A DNA stretch of 64,000 nucleotides from Alphaproteobacteria bacterium (GCA_013372975.1 JABXIS010000044.1:40959-104958), one strand, 5' to 3'. Positions 10,137 through 22,435 are shown, counted from the first letter of the stretch. The notes: generated by a model from the sequence alone, not told the origin. Numbers and translations: made by a program.

Positions 10137-12779
10137 CTAGAGCGTGCGCTCGATTTCTTCCAGTTCATATACTTCGAGGACATCACCGGCCTTGAAGTCA
10201 TGATAATTTTCAAATGTCAGACCACATTCCTGACCGGCACGCACTTCCTTCACATCGTCCTTGAAGCGGCGAAGGTTGTCGATCTGGCCTTCGTAGATGA
10301 TCACATCATCACGCAGGATACGGGCCTTGAGGTCGTTGCGGATGGAACCCTCCACCACAAAACAACCGGCTGCCTTGCCGGCCTTGCCAGCCTGGAAGGC
10401 TTCGCGGATTTCCGCCTGGCCGATAACATTCTCTTTGTATTCCGGGCCAAGCTGACCAGCCATCGCTGCTTTTACTTCGTCAATCAGGTCATAGATCACC
10501 GAGTAATATTTGATGGTGATGCCTTCAGCTTCAGCGGCCTCACGTGCCTGTTTGTTCGGGCGTACGTTGAAGCCCATAACAAGCGCGCGGCTTGCCTGCG
10601 CGAGCGTGATATCAGATTCGGTGATACCGCCCACAGCACCGTGGATCACACGACATTGAATTTCATCATTGCCTGCTTTTTCAAGCGCCTGCGTAATAGC
10701 TTCCACAGAGCCCTGCACATCTGCCTTGATCACAACTTCAAACGTTTGAAGGCCTTCGTTCTCCTTCATCTGGGTGAAGATGCTCTCAAGCGTTTTCGGT
10801 GCGGCTGCAGCAGCTTGGCGCTTCTTGCGAACCTGATCCTGGCGATATGCCGTTACTTCACGTGCCCGGCCTTCGTTTTCCACCACAGCGAACTCATCAC
10901 CCGCATCCGGTGTACCATTGAGGCCCAACACTTCTACAGGCACACTTGGGCCAGCCTCAGTAACTTGGTCACCCTTGTCGTTGATCAGGGCCCGTACACG
11001 GCCCCATTCGGCGCCAGCGACGAAGATGTCGCCCACACGGATTGTACCACGCTGAACAAGCACGGTAGCAACTGGGCCGCGACCTTTGTCGAGCTTGGCT
11101 TCCACAACAACGCCCTCGGCTGTGCGCTCCGGGTTGGCTTTCAACTCAAGAATCTCAGCTTGAAGGATGATTGCTTCCTTCAGTTTGTCGAGCCCCGCAC
11201 CCGTTTTGGCGGAAACTTCCACTTCCTGAACGTCACCGGAGAAAGTTTCGGTTACCACTTCGTGCTGCAGCAGTTCGTTGCGCACACGGTCCGGGTTCGC
11301 GCCTTCACGGTCCATCTTGTTGATCGCCACGATGATCGGCACGCCCGCTGCTTTCGCATGGTTGATCGCCTCGATTGTTTGCGGCATCACGCCGTCGTCT
11401 GCGGCAACCACCAGGATCACGATATCAGTTGCGCTCGCGCCCCGTGCCCGCATCTGGGTAAAGGCGGCGTGGCCCGGTGTATCAAGGAATGTGATCTTGT
11501 TGTCGTTCACGCTAACCTGATAGGCACCGATATGCTGGGTAATACCGCCAGCTTCGCCGGACACCACATTTGCTTTACGAAGCGCATCAAGGAGCGAGGT
11601 TTTACCGTGGTCTACGTGGCCCATTACGGTCACGATTGGCGCACGGGCCTGCAGATCCTCTTCGCGGTCCTCTTCACCTACGAGGCCGATTTCAACATCA
11701 GCATCGCTTACGCGCTTGGCTGTGTGGCCCATCTCTGTAACCACCAACTCGGCAGTATCCTGATCCAGGACCTGGTTGATGGTCGCCATCACACCCATGC
11801 CCATCAGAACCTTGATCACCGCAACAGCTTTTTCAGCCATACGGTTAGCCAGTTCCTGCACTGTGATCGCCTCAGGGATCGTCACCTCGCGAGCCTGGCG
11901 TTGCTGTTGCTGACCACCACCCATTTCGGCCTGGCGTTTTTTGGCTTGTGCACGCTTGTATGCGGCCAATGAACGCTGGCGTTCGCTACCATCACCCATA
12001 GCGCTTGAGATCGTCAGACGACCACCTTTACGACGGTCATCGCCCCGGCCACCACGACCACGCTGGTTGCGATCATCGCCACCAGGGCCGCTCTTGCGCT
12101 CTTTCCCACGTTTTGGCTTGCCTTTACGCTCGTTGCTATCATCAGTGCTTGCTGCGGCACGGGCTTCGCTTGCCTTCTTCAACTGCACTGCGCGGGCTTC
12201 AAGTTCAGCTTTCTTACGTGCTTCAGCTTCTGCCTTTTCTTTAATTTTCAGGCTCTCTTCAGCTTTCTTCGCAGCCTCAACCTCAGCCTTCTTCGCAGCA
12301 TCGGCAGCCTTTTTCTTCTTGGCGTCGTCTTCCGCCTTGGCGCGGGCCTCAGCTTCATCGTCATGGGCCGCTTCCGCCGCCGCGGCCTCGGCTGCCTCAC
12401 GCTTCTTGCGCTCTGCCGCTTCAGCTGCTTCACGCGCTTCACGTTCTGCCTGTTCCTTGGCTTCTTCCTCAGCACGCTTCTTCGCTTCTTCAAGCGCCTT
12501 CAGGCGTGTCTCATGTTCGGCGTTTGAGAGCTTGCCTGCACTCTCACCGGCAGGCTTTTTCGGCACAAAAGTTTTCTGGGGCTTTGGTGCCACCACTTCT
12601 GCTTCTGGGCCCGCCGTATCCGTCGCACCTTTCTTCAGGATGCGCTTTTTCTTGCGCTCAACAACAACTGCCTTGCTGCGCCCATGGCTGAAGCTTTGAC
12701 GAACTTGGCCGGTCTCTACCCCTTTGCTTACGCCAAGAGTGCCGCGGCCAGATAAAGTCAGTTTTTTCTCGTCAGTCAT
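10137..12779 (-). CDS. infB: Translation initiation factor IF-2
   Basis: [17 protein letters not shown] and NKMD GTPase motifs; likely start MTDEKK at 12779. Confidence 0.99.
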   Translation of the reverse strand: MTDEKKLTLSGRGTLGVSKGVETGQVRQSFSHGRSKAVVVERKKKRILKKGATDTAGPEAEVVAPKPQKTFVPKKPAGESAGKLSNAEHETRLKALEEAKKRAEEEAKEQAEREAREAAEAAERKKREAAEAAAAEAAHDDEAEARAKAEDDAKKKKAADAAKKAEVEAAKKAEESLKIKEKAEAEARKKAELEARAVQLKKASEARAAASTDDSNERKGKPKRGKERKSGPGGDDRNQRGRGGRGDDRRKGGRLTISSAMGDGSERQRSLAAYKRAQAKKRQAEMGGGQQQQRQAREVTIPEAITVQELANRMAEKAVAVIKVLMGMGVMATINQVLDQDTAELVVTEMGHTAKRVSDADVEIGLVGEEDREEDLQARAPIVTVMGHVDHGKTSLLDALRKANVVSGEAGGITQHIGAYQVSVNDNKITFLDTPGHAAFTQMRARGASATDIVILVVAADDGVMPQTIEAINHAKAAGVPIIVAINKMDREGANPDRVRNELLQHEVVTETFSGDVQEVEVSAKTGAGLDKLKEAIILQAEILELKANPERTAEGVVVEAKLDKGRGPVATVLVQRGTIRVGDIFVAGAEWGRVRALINDKGDQVTEAGPSVPVEVLGLNGTPDAGDEFAVVENEGRAREVTAYRQDQVRKKRQAAAAAPKTLESIFTQMKENEGLQTFEVVIKADVQGSVEAITQALEKAGNDEIQCRVIHGAVGGITESDITLAQASRALVMGFNVRPNKQAREAAEAEGITIKYYSVIYDLIDEVKAAMAGQLGPEYKENVIGQAEIREAFQAGKAGKAAGCFVVEGSIRNDLKARILRDDVIIYEGQIDNLRRFKDDVKEVRAGQECGLTFENYHDFKAGDVLEVYELEEIERTL

Positions 12780-12780
12780 A

Positions 12781-13428
12781 CTAATCTTCGTTCCTCTGCC
12801 CCTCAGCTTGAGAAGGCGCTTCACAAGTCAGCGGGTCTATCCCGCGCATTCCAAACAACCGATTCAGATCGGTCTTCAACTTTTCTGTGCCCCCGCTTTC
12901 AAACAAAAGCACATGGACCACATTTTCCCGGCCCAACGCCTTTGAAAGCGCTTCCCGGTCAAACAATACTGCTTCCGGCACATCAGCACCAACCGCAGCT
13001 TTTATCTTGCGGCGCCCATCTTCGGCACCATCCGTCGCGCTCACCAGAAGCGACGGCAATCCAGAGCCCTTCTTGCTCAGCGCGGCCTTGATCTTGTCAA
13101 AGCCTGTCACCAGATGCCCAGCTCGTTGCTCCAGCCCCATACGGTCCAGGCAACGCCGCACCAGCAATCGATCAATCTGCGCATCCAAATCTTCTGGCAC
13201 CGCATTCTTTGGCACCGAAGCTTTAAGCGACCGACTTGCCGCCTTGGCAAGCTGCCCGCTTTCAATAGCAGATCTGACCAACTTCCCGTCTGCGCTAATC
13301 CACAAGCCGCGACCGGGAAGTCTGGCAGCCACATCCGGCACCAAGGTGCCATCCGGGCTCATCGCAAGCCGGACCAGAGTATCCTCCGGCCCCGACTCCA
13401 TCTTTAGTATACACCGCCGTTCGCGCAT
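12781..13428 (-). CDS. YlxR/DUF448 (RnpM-like) fused to an L7Ae-like RNA-binding domain
   Basis: MRERRCI...[12 protein letters not shown] plus LVTGFDKI...LGRENVVHV; start uncertain (13428 or TTG 13440). Confidence 0.85.
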   Translation of the reverse strand: MRERRCILKMESGPEDTLVRLAMSPDGTLVPDVAARLPGRGLWISADGKLVRSAIESGQLAKAASRSLKASVPKNAVPEDLDAQIDRLLVRRCLDRMGLEQRAGHLVTGFDKIKAALSKKGSGLPSLLVSATDGAEDGRRKIKAAVGADVPEAVLFDREALSKALGRENVVHVLLFESGGTEKLKTDLNRLFGMRGIDPLTCEAPSQAEGQRNED

Positions 13429-13462
13429 TTCTTGCCTCAAACTTGCGGCCCCCGAAGCTGGC

Positions 13463-15085
13463 TTACGCTTCGCCTTCGGTTTCAGCGTCAGCTGCGTCAG
13501 CTGCAGCAGCCTCTTCTTCTGCCTCGGCGTCTTCAGCAGCTTCATTGCCGCCGAAAGCTTCCTCTGCAGAAATCCAACCCAGAACAACACGCGCAGACAT
13601 GATCATGTCACTTGCTTCGTCTTCTGTCAGGCTGAAACCGCGGAGGATACCGTCTTCCTTGCTTGTCAGCTCGTCAGCAGCACAGCCAGCGAAATCTTCC
13701 AAAGTTTTCACTTCGTCTTCACCAAGCTTGACCAACATCTGAGGCGTCAGCCCTTCCACGTCTGCCAGATCATCGGAAACGCCCATTTCACGGCGCTTTT
13801 CGTCAGCGGCACGCGCTTCAGCTTCCAGGAAATCGCCGGCACGGCGCTGCAATTCAGCAACCAGATCATCATCAAAACCTTCAACAGCCAGAAGCTCTTC
13901 CGGTTCAACGTAGGCGATCTCTTCCACTTCAGTGAAGCCTTCAGCCACAAGGAGATGCGCCAGTGTGTCATCCACATCCAGTGCTTCAACGAAGCGCTTG
14001 GATTGGGTCATAAACTCTTCCTGGCGACGCTCGCTTTCCTCAGCTTCCGTCATGATGTCGATGGTCCAGCCAGTCAGCTGGGATGCCAGACGCACGTTCT
14101 GGCCACGGCGACCGATTGCCAGCGAAAGCTGATCATCAGGCACAACCACCTCAACGCGGGAACGCTCTTCATCCAGAACTACTTTGGACACTTCAGCAGG
14201 CTGAAGCGCATTCACGATGAAGGATGCAACATCACCAGACCATGGAATGATATCAATTTTCTCGCCCTGAAGCTCGTTCACAACGGCTTGCACGCGGGAA
14301 CCTCGCATACCAACACATGCGCCTACCGGATCAATGCTGCCATCGTTGGAGATTACAGCGATTTTTGCGCGGCTACCCGGATCACGGGCAACAGAGCGAA
14401 TCTCGATAATGCCGTCATAAATTTCTGGCACTTCCTGTGCAAACAGGGCAGCCATGAAATCAGGCTTGGTGCGAGACATGAAAATCTGTGGGCCACGGTT
14501 CTCACGGCGCACTTCGTAAATGTAACCGCGAATACGTTCGTTCTGGCGGATATGCTCACGCGGGATCACCTGGTCGCGGCGCATAATGGCTTCTGCACGA
14601 CCCAGATCAACAATCACGTTGCCATATTCAACACGCTTCACAACGCCGGTGATAGTTTCACCCACACGGTCCTTGAATTCGTCGTACTGGCGCTGACGTT
14701 CTGCATCGCGCACCTTCTGAACGATAACCTGCTTTGCTGTTTGAGCTGCGATACGGCCAAAGTCCATCGGCGGCAGGCTTGATGCGAGATAATCGCCGAT
14801 TTCTGCGTCAGGCTTGTCTTCCTTGGCATCTTCAAGGCTGATTTCTACCGCAGGATTTTCAACTTCCTCAACAACCTCGAGAACACGAAACAGGCGGATA
14901 TCGCCAGTGTTCTTGTCGATCTGCGCCCGAATTTCGTTCTCGGCACCATAACGGGACCGTGCGGCCTTCTGGATTGCCTCTTCCATGGCCTCAAGAACGA
15001 TATCCTTATCAATCGCCTTTTCACGCGCCACTAGATCTGCAATTTGCAGCAGTTCCAACCTGTTTGCACTGACAGCTGCAGCCAT
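13463..15085 (-). CDS. nusA: Transcription termination/antitermination factor NusA
   Basis: FGRIAAQTAKQVI, ARDPGSRAKIAV and AIGRRGQNVRLAS motifs. Confidence 0.99.
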   Translation of the reverse strand: MAAAVSANRLELLQIADLVAREKAIDKDIVLEAMEEAIQKAARSRYGAENEIRAQIDKNTGDIRLFRVLEVVEEVENPAVEISLEDAKEDKPDAEIGDYLASSLPPMDFGRIAAQTAKQVIVQKVRDAERQRQYDEFKDRVGETITGVVKRVEYGNVIVDLGRAEAIMRRDQVIPREHIRQNERIRGYIYEVRRENRGPQIFMSRTKPDFMAALFAQEVPEIYDGIIEIRSVARDPGSRAKIAVISNDGSIDPVGACVGMRGSRVQAVVNELQGEKIDIIPWSGDVASFIVNALQPAEVSKVVLDEERSRVEVVVPDDQLSLAIGRRGQNVRLASQLTGWTIDIMTEAEESERRQEEFMTQSKRFVEALDVDDTLAHLLVAEGFTEVEEIAYVEPEELLAVEGFDDDLVAELQRRAGDFLEAEARAADEKRREMGVSDDLADVEGLTPQMLVKLGEDEVKTLEDFAGCAADELTSKEDGILRGFSLTEDEASDMIMSARVVLGWISAEEAFGGNEAAEDAEAEEEAAAADAADAETEGEA

Positions 15086-15147
15086 CATCTTCACTCCGTC
15101 GCTTTCAGAGCACGACGCCATAATGGCGCCCTGCCAGCATAAAACCC

Positions 15148-15684
15148 TTAGGCCCCGTCGCCATCCTCCGGGGCAGCCTTCGCCTGCTTTTGCACAGCCT
15201 CAAGCAATTCATCAGTTAGGATCAGCTTGGCCTTGGCAACATCGCCAAATTCCAAAGACACCTCACCTTCATCGTCAGTATCCACCACAATCATATTGCC
15301 ATCGAATGACACCATGCGGCCACGGAAACGACGACGCCCGTCCATCTGCATACCCAACTCAACCTTGACCTCAAAACCAACCCAGCGCTCAAAATCCTTT
15401 GCGCGCGTGAGTGGCCGATCAATCCCTGGTGAACTTACCTCAAGGAGATATTCACCGGGCAATGGGTCTTCCACATCAAGAATGAGCGAAACCTCACGAG
15501 ACAATGTTGCACAATCATCCACACTCATCGTGCCATCTGGCCGCTCGGCCATCACCTGGAGGGTAGGCTTGCGGCCGCCGCCATAGGTTACACGAACGAG
15601 TTCAAAACCGAGCGCCTCGACGGTCGGTTCAATGAGTTCAGCAATATTGTTCGCAGCGTCGCTCACGAGTTCTGTCCTTTCCAT
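15148..15684 (-). CDS. rimP: Ribosome maturation factor RimP
   Basis: LEVSSPGIDRPL motif; immediately upstream of nusA. Confidence 0.97.
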   Translation of the reverse strand: MERTELVSDAANNIAELIEPTVEALGFELVRVTYGGGRKPTLQVMAERPDGTMSVDDCATLSREVSLILDVEDPLPGEYLLEVSSPGIDRPLTRAKDFERWVGFEVKVELGMQMDGRRRFRGRMVSFDGNMIVVDTDDEGEVSLEFGDVAKAKLILTDELLEAVQKQAKAAPEDGDGA

Positions 15685-15743
15685 GCTTCAACGCGGGCCA
15701 AACCAGAAGCCCAACTGCGCTCTAGGTATGGGGTATCGCGGGC

Positions 15744-15761
15744 AGTGGGTTTGAACCCACT
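15744..15761 (-). promoter_or_regulatory. rimP leader hairpin
   Basis: Perfect inverted repeat agtgggtt-tg-aacccact about 60 nt upstream of rimP. Confidence 0.55.
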
Positions 15762-15853
15762 CCTGGAATAAACATCCAATACTCTAGGAGAAGCGCGCTC
15801 TGTATACAGCGAACAGGGGTTCAGGGCAACCCTGAATCTTCGGGCGTTACCGG

Positions 15854-16588
15854 TTAGCTTGCGGCAACCTCCGCGCGCGGAACGCGGCGAAAGCGGAAAT
15901 AGGTCGCACGCCCTTCGAGGGCCTTGGCTTCGTAGCGAGTTTCGGGCCAATCATCAGGACGATTTAGCCAGTCATCCGGCCCTTCTGCCAACCACTCAAA
16001 GTCATTGCGCTGAGCCATTTGAAGCATAGTCCATTCCCGGTAGATCGGGTGATCTGTTCCAACCCGGAATTCTGCGCCGTCCTTCATGATTCGGGCCAAA
16101 TCATCCAGATTGTGCTGGTTTACAAACCGGCGGCGGGCATGCCGCGCCTTTGGCCAGGGATCAGGATGCAAAAGAAACAATCGGTCAATGCTTGCGTCTG
16201 GCAACTTCCAGATCACATGCCGCGCATCATCTCCATAGACCCGGATATTCTGGATATCGCTTTCCTCAATGTGGGTCAGCAGGCCGACAACGCCATTGAG
16301 GTACGGCTCACATCCGATGAGCGACACGTCAGGGTGTGCCTGAGCCTGCCAGGCAAGATGCTCGCCCTTTCCGAAACCGATCTCGAGCCAAAGCGCCTTG
16401 ACCGGTTTACCAAACACCATGTCCGCATCAAGGACCGCATCACCTTCGGGAATCTTCACTGAGATTGACGGCAGGAAATCGTCCAACAGGCCTTGCTGGC
16501 GCTGGGAAAAGCTCTGCCCCTTGCGGCGCCCGAAAAAGCGCTGCTCCGGCAACTTGAAGTCTTTGGTTGTTTTTGGTGTATCGCTCAT
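15854..16588 (-). CDS. trmB: tRNA (guanine-N7)-methyltransferase
   Basis: LEIGFGKGEHL, GCEPY, PDPWPKARH and TRYEAKA motifs. Confidence 0.97.
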   Translation of the reverse strand: MSDTPKTTKDFKLPEQRFFGRRKGQSFSQRQQGLLDDFLPSISVKIPEGDAVLDADMVFGKPVKALWLEIGFGKGEHLAWQAQAHPDVSLIGCEPYLNGVVGLLTHIEESDIQNIRVYGDDARHVIWKLPDASIDRLFLLHPDPWPKARHARRRFVNQHNLDDLARIMKDGAEFRVGTDHPIYREWTMLQMAQRNDFEWLAEGPDDWLNRPDDWPETRYEAKALEGRATYFRFRRVPRAEVAAS

Positions 16589-16614
16589 GGCCGCCCCTAT
16601 AGCGCATGAAAGCC

Positions 16615-18255
16615 TTACGGCAAAGCCACTTTTTTTGCGTCTTCCGAACCGCTATTGCCTCGCCAACAATAGAATGCCCGTGCAAGCAGAACCAAGCTAT
16701 TGAAGATCATAAGCAAAATGATCTTCGCGCCGGTTGCAATAGCGGGCGCTTCAACTGCCACGGGCAAAGGACTGTCCAGAACGCCTTGACGCCCAACCGG
16801 CAACTGGCTGATCGTGCGGCCATATCCGTCAATTACGGCGCTTACGCCGGTGCTGGCTGCACGCACAAGCGGCAGGCCTTCCTCAATTGCCCTCAAACGT
16901 GCGAGCGCCAGATGTTGATATGGCCCCTCGCTGGTACCGAACCACCCATCATTCGTGATATTCAAAAGCCACGCAGGCGTCTCACGATCCCTAAGTACCC
17001 TGCCCGGAAATATAGCTTCGTAACAAACAAGCGGTGAAAATCCGGGTATACCTGGCAAATGAATTGTCTGGCGGGTACGGCCCGGTGTCCAGGCTCCCCC
17101 GGCAAGGTTGGACAAACCAATGGACTTCAGCCAACTCTCAAAAGGCAGAAACTCGCCAAAGGGCACTAAATGGTTTTTGTCATATCGGGCGTAGATATCC
17201 GCATCCGAATTGATTGCAAACAGACTATTGTAATAATCATAGTCACCATCTGCTCGCTGTCGGTATCGTGGCGAACCCGTTATGGCGAAAGCGCCATAGT
17301 CCAGAAGCTTGGACATGCGCCAACGGTGAAGCGACCCTTCCCTGTCAAAATTCTCGCGCTGAACGGCAGTTTCCGGCCAGATCAATAACCGAATACCTTT
17401 GGCTTTGCCTTCCTCGTTGCCTGCGCGCGACAGGCTCATATGCTTGTCGAAATGGTCTTCAATCAGATAGGAAAGCCATTTTTCGCGTTGCTGCACATTG
17501 GCCTGCACAAGGCGCATCGTAACGCCCAGATGATACCGCGTTTGCGCGGTATCGACGCGTACAGCACCCAGCACAGCCAGCACGCCTATTATCAATGCGC
17601 CCAATGCCGAGGGTAAAATCATACGCTGCCAGGAACCCTGATCCGCCAAGCAAGCCAAACTTCCGGCAACGAGCACTGTCAGGAAGGAGAGGCCATATAC
17701 GCTAAGATAATGGGTAGCCTGCGCCATATAGAGCCAATCTGCCCATATGGCCCCCGCCAGATGCCAGGGAAATCCTGTAAACCACATACCACGCGCCACT
17801 TCAAACACTGTCCAGACACAAGCAAACAGTAGAATGCGAAGAATGGAGCGCGACCAAAGCTTGAATGCTACCCAGAAAGTTACACCGGTATAAAGCGCCA
17901 TCACGGCACAAAGCATGATCACTGCCGGCGCAGCAAACACTTCCGGCACATTGGCTTGCGCCTTGAATGATTCTGCAATCCACGACAACCCAACTGCAAA
18001 AAGCCCAAAACCGATCCACCATCCAATACGGAAAGCTTCGCGGCCACTTTGTGCCCGATCCAGAAAAATCACCATCAACGGCATGCTGATGAACACTGCA
18101 GGAAAGAAATTGACGGGCGCAAAAGCACGAGACAGCAGAACGCCAACCGAAAAATAGAAGGCCGGCATGGCAAAACGGTGTTGCGCCGCCAGCCAATCAA
18201 AAAGGCGCGACAGATGCGCGCCCAATACGGACAGATCTCGATCTTGCCTGTTCAT
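16615..18255 (-). CDS. lnt: Apolipoprotein N-acyltransferase
   Basis: TGFPW and catalytic WPET, YDKNHLVPFGE, CYEAIF; NDGWF. Confidence 0.97.
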   Translation of the reverse strand: MNRQDRDLSVLGAHLSRLFDWLAAQHRFAMPAFYFSVGVLLSRAFAPVNFFPAVFISMPLMVIFLDRAQSGREAFRIGWWIGFGLFAVGLSWIAESFKAQANVPEVFAAPAVIMLCAVMALYTGVTFWVAFKLWSRSILRILLFACVWTVFEVARGMWFTGFPWHLAGAIWADWLYMAQATHYLSVYGLSFLTVLVAGSLACLADQGSWQRMILPSALGALIIGVLAVLGAVRVDTAQTRYHLGVTMRLVQANVQQREKWLSYLIEDHFDKHMSLSRAGNEEGKAKGIRLLIWPETAVQRENFDREGSLHRWRMSKLLDYGAFAITGSPRYRQRADGDYDYYNSLFAINSDADIYARYDKNHLVPFGEFLPFESWLKSIGLSNLAGGAWTPGRTRQTIHLPGIPGFSPLVCYEAIFPGRVLRDRETPAWLLNITNDGWFGTSEGPYQHLALARLRAIEEGLPLVRAASTGVSAVIDGYGRTISQLPVGRQGVLDSPLPVAVEAPAIATGAKIILLMIFNSLVLLARAFYCWRGNSGSEDAKKVALP

Positions 18256-18284
18256 TGCCCTTGCCTGTCGCCCTGAAAGCTTTG

Positions 18285-19217
18285 TTATTTGGCAGCTTCT
18301 GATTCCGTGGTAGCAGGTGCCTCATGAATTCGCACCTTATGTATTCGGCGCGGATCAGCATCCACCACTTCGAAGCGGAAACCGCTTTCGTGAACCATAA
18401 CCTCACCAATCTCTGGCACGCAACCCGCGAGTGAAAAGACAAGGCCGCCAACTGTATCCACGTCTTCGTCCAGCTCTTGCGGCAGCAGATCTACACCGAT
18501 AACCTCTTCCAGCTCTTCCACTTCCAGGCGGGCGTCCACGTCGTAGCCACCATTTTCCAGAGGAGTCAGGTAAGGGTCTTCGACCTCGTCATGCTCATCT
18601 TCAATTTCACCAAAGATCTCCTCCACCATATCCTCGACAGTCAGGAGGCCGTCAGTGCCGCCGTATTCATCCACGACAATTACCATATGGGTACGGGAAA
18701 GCCGCATTTTGGCCAACAGATCGATGACTTTCATCGACGGCGGCACAAACAATACTGGCCGTTGGATGGCTGAGACCTTGAAGTTTTCTTCGTCAATGTT
18801 TTCCGAAACACATTTAAGTGCGTCTTTCACATGCACCATACCAAGAACATTATCGAGCGTGTCCCGGTACACCGGCATGCGGGAATGATTAACCTCCGCA
18901 AAGCGCTTGATCAGGTCAGAAAAGGCAATATCACTGGGCACACCTACGATATCGGCACGCGGCACCATGATATCGTCGGCCCGCAACCCGCCATAATTCA
19001 GCACATTGAAAAGCATCTCCCGCTCCTCGTCCCCAAGGGCAGGCATGCGGGTCTCTTCCTCGTGTTCTTCAATCGCTTCCTTGAGGCTGTCACTCAGGGA
19101 TACTTCGCTGCTGCGCCCACTGAAAAGTTCTCTCAGTGTGCGCCAGAGGCCACCCTGCTCCTTTTCCTGGGCAGAGCCGTCCGTATCGGCAGGTGGTCTC
19201 GGTGTCTGGTCGTTCAC
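18285..19217 (-). CDS. corC: CBS-pair plus transporter-associated domain protein (CorC/HlyC family)
   Basis: DIMVPRADI, HSRMPVY, VVDEYGGTDGL and DTVGGL motifs. Confidence 0.9.
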   Translation of the reverse strand: MNDQTPRPPADTDGSAQEKEQGGLWRTLRELFSGRSSEVSLSDSLKEAIEEHEEETRMPALGDEEREMLFNVLNYGGLRADDIMVPRADIVGVPSDIAFSDLIKRFAEVNHSRMPVYRDTLDNVLGMVHVKDALKCVSENIDEENFKVSAIQRPVLFVPPSMKVIDLLAKMRLSRTHMVIVVDEYGGTDGLLTVEDMVEEIFGEIEDEHDEVEDPYLTPLENGGYDVDARLEVEELEEVIGVDLLPQELDEDVDTVGGLVFSLAGCVPEIGEVMVHESGFRFEVVDADPRRIHKVRIHEAPATTESEAAK

Positions 19218-19233
19218 TCTATTATTCCACTGT

Positions 19234-19797
19234 CTAATCAGGAATTACATAGGGATCATTGATCCCGAGGCTCGCGAGTATTTCGCGCTCCAATGCTTCC
19301 ATTTCTTCTGCGTCTTCTTCTTCGATATGGTCGAAACCCATCAAATGTAAAACCCCATGCACACATAAATGTGCCAAATGGTGATGTACTTGTTTGTTTT
19401 GGTCCTGCGCTTCCGCAACCACTACCGGGCCAGCAATGATCAGATCACCAAGCATGACGGGTGGCCCACCGGCCTCAGAAAAATCAAAGCTGTCAAACAA
19501 GTCATCCGGCTCAACGCCGGGGAAAGAAAGAACATTTGTCGGTTTGTCCTTGCCGCGATAATCGTGGTTGAGTTTCCGGCTTTCGGCGTTGTCCACCACA
19601 CGCACACTCAACTCCATCGGCACATGAACACGCGCCACTGTTACAGTAAGTGCACCAGCAACGGCCGCCTCGATCACTGGCCTGACGAAAACAGCCTCGC
19701 CGAGGCTGTTGTCCATCAGATCAAAATCAAAGGTAAGACCGGACAGGGCCGAAATATCCGCCCGGCCGGAGATACTGGATGAAGGGTCGTCGTTCAT
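19234..19797 (-). CDS. ybeY: rRNA maturation endoribonuclease YbeY
   Basis: [14 protein letters not shown] and [11 protein letters not shown] motifs. Confidence 0.97.
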   Translation of the reverse strand: MNDDPSSSISGRADISALSGLTFDFDLMDNSLGEAVFVRPVIEAAVAGALTVTVARVHVPMELSVRVVDNAESRKLNHDYRGKDKPTNVLSFPGVEPDDLFDSFDFSEAGGPPVMLGDLIIAGPVVVAEAQDQNKQVHHHLAHLCVHGVLHLMGFDHIEEEDAEEMEALEREILASLGINDPYVIPD

Positions 19798-19814
19798 GTG
19801 TCTACCTTGCGGGC

Positions 19815-20891
19815 CTATCGTCCGTCATCATCGCCATAAGCGTCGACGATCCGGCCTACGAGTGGATGGCGCACAACATCCCGGATTCCAAAGCGGGTTA
19901 CAGCGATGCCGTCAATACCGCGCAAGATGTCAAGCGCATTCCTGAGGCCCGAGCGGGCGCCACTTGGCAGATCCACCTGCGTTACGTCACCACATATGGC
20001 CATCCGGCTGTTTTCGCCAAATCGCGTGAGAAACATCTTCATCTGCATGGGCGTTGTGTTTTGTGCCTCGTCCAGAATTACAAAAGCGTTTGAAAGCGTA
20101 CGCCCCCGCATATAAGCCAAAGGAGCGATCTCGATCTGCCCGGAAGCGATGCGTTTTTCTACCTGCTCTGCAGGCATCATGTCATAAAGTGCGTCATAAA
20201 GCGGGCGCAGGTATGGATCGACTTTGTCCTTGAGATCCCCCGGCAGGAAGCCCAGATTTTCACCAGCTTCAACGGCAGGCCTTGAAAGAATAATACGGTC
20301 AATTTCACCGGCAAGCATGCGCGCAACGGCCATGGCAACAGCGAGGTAGGTTTTACCTGTACCCGCAGGGCCAACACCAAAGACCATCTCATGCTTCATC
20401 AGATTGCGAATATAATCCGCCTGCCCTGGTGAACGCGGCATAATCACCCGGTTGCGGGTGGTGATCTTAAGCTCATTGTCATTTTTTTGTTTGGCTGCCG
20501 GATTGGCTGGCAACCCTGCCTCGCGGGCGGGCTGCACCTGCACACCCTCTGCCATCCTGATGGCACCATCGACCTCGCCAATATCGACCGGCTGGCCGCG
20601 ACTGGCCATGCCATAAAGGTCCGCCAGCACAGATTTGGCAATGCCAATCCTGTCCTCGGTTCCCTCGATCGCGATGCGATTGCCCCGATTGATCAGCACG
20701 ACCCCCAGACGCTGTTCGATACGCGTCAGGTTGCGATCATGCTGGCCGAATACGATAGCAGCCAATCGATTGTCTTCGAATTCAACCACTTTTTTGTGGT
20801 TGGATGATGATATGCCCGAACGGGCAGACGCTGAGCTAGCCTTGGCGTACATATTGTGCTGTTTGCGGCTCCTTGAGGCCAACGCCCGCAA
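19815..20891 (-). CDS. phoH: PhoH-family ATPase (YbeZ-like)
   Basis: [19 protein letters not shown] and DEAQN motifs; start may be ATG 20852. Confidence 0.95.
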   Translation of the reverse strand: MRALASRSRKQHNMYAKASSASARSGISSSNHKKVVEFEDNRLAAIVFGQHDRNLTRIEQRLGVVLINRGNRIAIEGTEDRIGIAKSVLADLYGMASRGQPVDIGEVDGAIRMAEGVQVQPAREAGLPANPAAKQKNDNELKITTRNRVIMPRSPGQADYIRNLMKHEMVFGVGPAGTGKTYLAVAMAVARMLAGEIDRIILSRPAVEAGENLGFLPGDLKDKVDPYLRPLYDALYDMMPAEQVEKRIASGQIEIAPLAYMRGRTLSNAFVILDEAQNTTPMQMKMFLTRFGENSRMAICGDVTQVDLPSGARSGLRNALDILRGIDGIAVTRFGIRDVVRHPLVGRIVDAYGDDDGR

Positions 20892-20896
20892 TGCGG

Positions 20897-22324
20897 TTAC
20901 TGCAGGGCGCTAACAAGTTCCCCTTTAAGGCTGTTTGGGCCGGCTTCAACGATTTTCACCCGAACCAACTGCCCCATGAAGTCAGTGTATGGTTTATCGG
21001 CGTCTACGTCCAGCGCATTGTCACCCCCGGTTACATCAACATGCACTGCCTGCAGGTACGGACTGCGCCCCAGAAGCTGACCGGGCTGTTTTCCAACACG
21101 CTCCAGAAGTACTTCCATTTCCTTGCCGATAGAGGCTTCATTAAATTCCAGTTGATGCTCGTTCAACAAGGCCTGCAAGCGGGCAAGGCGTTCAGACTTA
21201 ACATCTTCCGGCACCTGGTCTTCATTCACGCTGGCTGGTGTTCCAGGGCGAGGGCTGTATTTAAAGCTGTAGGCTTGCGCGTATTTGACCCGGCGCACCA
21301 GATCAAGTGTGGCCTCAAAATCTTCATCAGTTTCACCTGGGAAACCAACAATAAAGTCTGACGAAAGCGCGAGGTCAGGGCGGGCCGCACGGAGCCTGTC
21401 AATGATTGCGAAATATTCTTCGCGGGAATGCTTGCGATTCATGGCATCGAGAATAGCATCCGATCCGCTTTGCACCGGCAGGTGCAGGTATGGCATGCAG
21501 CTATCGATATCGCGGTGCGCATCGATCAGCTCCTGATCCATATCGCGTGGGTGCGAGGTGGTATAACGAATGCGCTTGAGGCCATCAATTGCGTCCAGCT
21601 CGCGGATCAACGCGCCAAGGGTGGCCGTTCCACCGTTGCCATCATCACCATGGAACGCGTTCACATTCTGGCCAAGAAGGGTAATCTCCACGACGCCTTT
21701 GCCAACAAGTTGTTTAGCCTCTGCAACAATGTCCGCAACAGGGCGGCTATATTCAGCACCGCGGGTGTAGGGGACAACACAGAAGGCGCAGAATTTGTCA
21801 CAGCCTTCCTGCACCGTCAGGAACGCCGCAGGGCCATCAAAATCGCTGTCCGTTGGCAGATGGTCAAACTTGGTGTCCACCGGGAATTCTGTATCAAGCA
21901 CACGCGCAGACCGGCGACCGCCTGTCCGCTGCTCTTCCGCTGACTTCAACATGTCTGGCAAGCGGTGATAGGTTTGCGGGCCGAGCACCATATCAATCGC
22001 AGGTGCGCGCTTCATCATTTCCGGGCCTTCCGCCTGCGCCACACAGCCGGCAACAGCGATATACATGTTTTTGCCTTCGGCCGCCTTTGCGTCCTTCTCG
22101 GCGCGCAAACGTCCGATTTCGGAATAAACCTTTTCTGCGGCTTTTTCACGGATATGGCAGGTATTCAGAATCACAAGATCGGCGCCATCAGCCTCTTCCG
22201 CCACTTCGTAACCGTGGGGCTTCAGCACGTCAGCCATACGCTTGCTGTCATACACATTCATCTGACAACCATAGGTCTTGATGAAAACTTTTTTGCTCAA
22301 GGTCTTAACTCCTGCCACCGGCAT
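20897..22324 (-). CDS. miaB: tRNA methylthiotransferase MiaB
   Basis: [20 protein letters not shown] and radical-SAM CDKFCAFC; C-terminal TRAM domain. Confidence 0.98.
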   Translation of the reverse strand: MPVAGVKTLSKKVFIKTYGCQMNVYDSKRMADVLKPHGYEVAEEADGADLVILNTCHIREKAAEKVYSEIGRLRAEKDAKAAEGKNMYIAVAGCVAQAEGPEMMKRAPAIDMVLGPQTYHRLPDMLKSAEEQRTGGRRSARVLDTEFPVDTKFDHLPTDSDFDGPAAFLTVQEGCDKFCAFCVVPYTRGAEYSRPVADIVAEAKQLVGKGVVEITLLGQNVNAFHGDDGNGGTATLGALIRELDAIDGLKRIRYTTSHPRDMDQELIDAHRDIDSCMPYLHLPVQSGSDAILDAMNRKHSREEYFAIIDRLRAARPDLALSSDFIVGFPGETDEDFEATLDLVRRVKYAQAYSFKYSPRPGTPASVNEDQVPEDVKSERLARLQALLNEHQLEFNEASIGKEMEVLLERVGKQPGQLLGRSPYLQAVHVDVTGGDNALDVDADKPYTDFMGQLVRVKIVEAGPNSLKGELVSALQ

Positions 22325-22435
22325 CAGGGACCAGCCCTCGGCCGCATCCCTTAAAAAAGGTGCCGGAACCTAGTCCAGCAACATGCCAAGAGTCAAGGAT
22401 TGCAGGGGGCCAGAGCGCCAAAGCGCTCAAAATTG

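Noticed and set aside
10056-11972. 638-aa + strand ORF antisense to infB
   Set aside because: Shadow ORF expected from codon bias in a highly expressed gene; no recognisable motifs.
12200-12520. Ala/Glu/Lys-rich quasi-repeats
   Set aside because: Normal low-complexity helical region of the IF-2 N-terminus.
12887-14782. 631-aa + strand ORF antisense to ylxR/nusA
   Set aside because: Fully overlaps well-supported genes on the opposite strand; protein looks non-native.
15744-15761. GTGGGTTCAAACCCAC as a tRNA T-arm remnant
   Set aside because: The loop is one nt short and there is no acceptor stem or CCA; better explained as a rimP leader hairpin.
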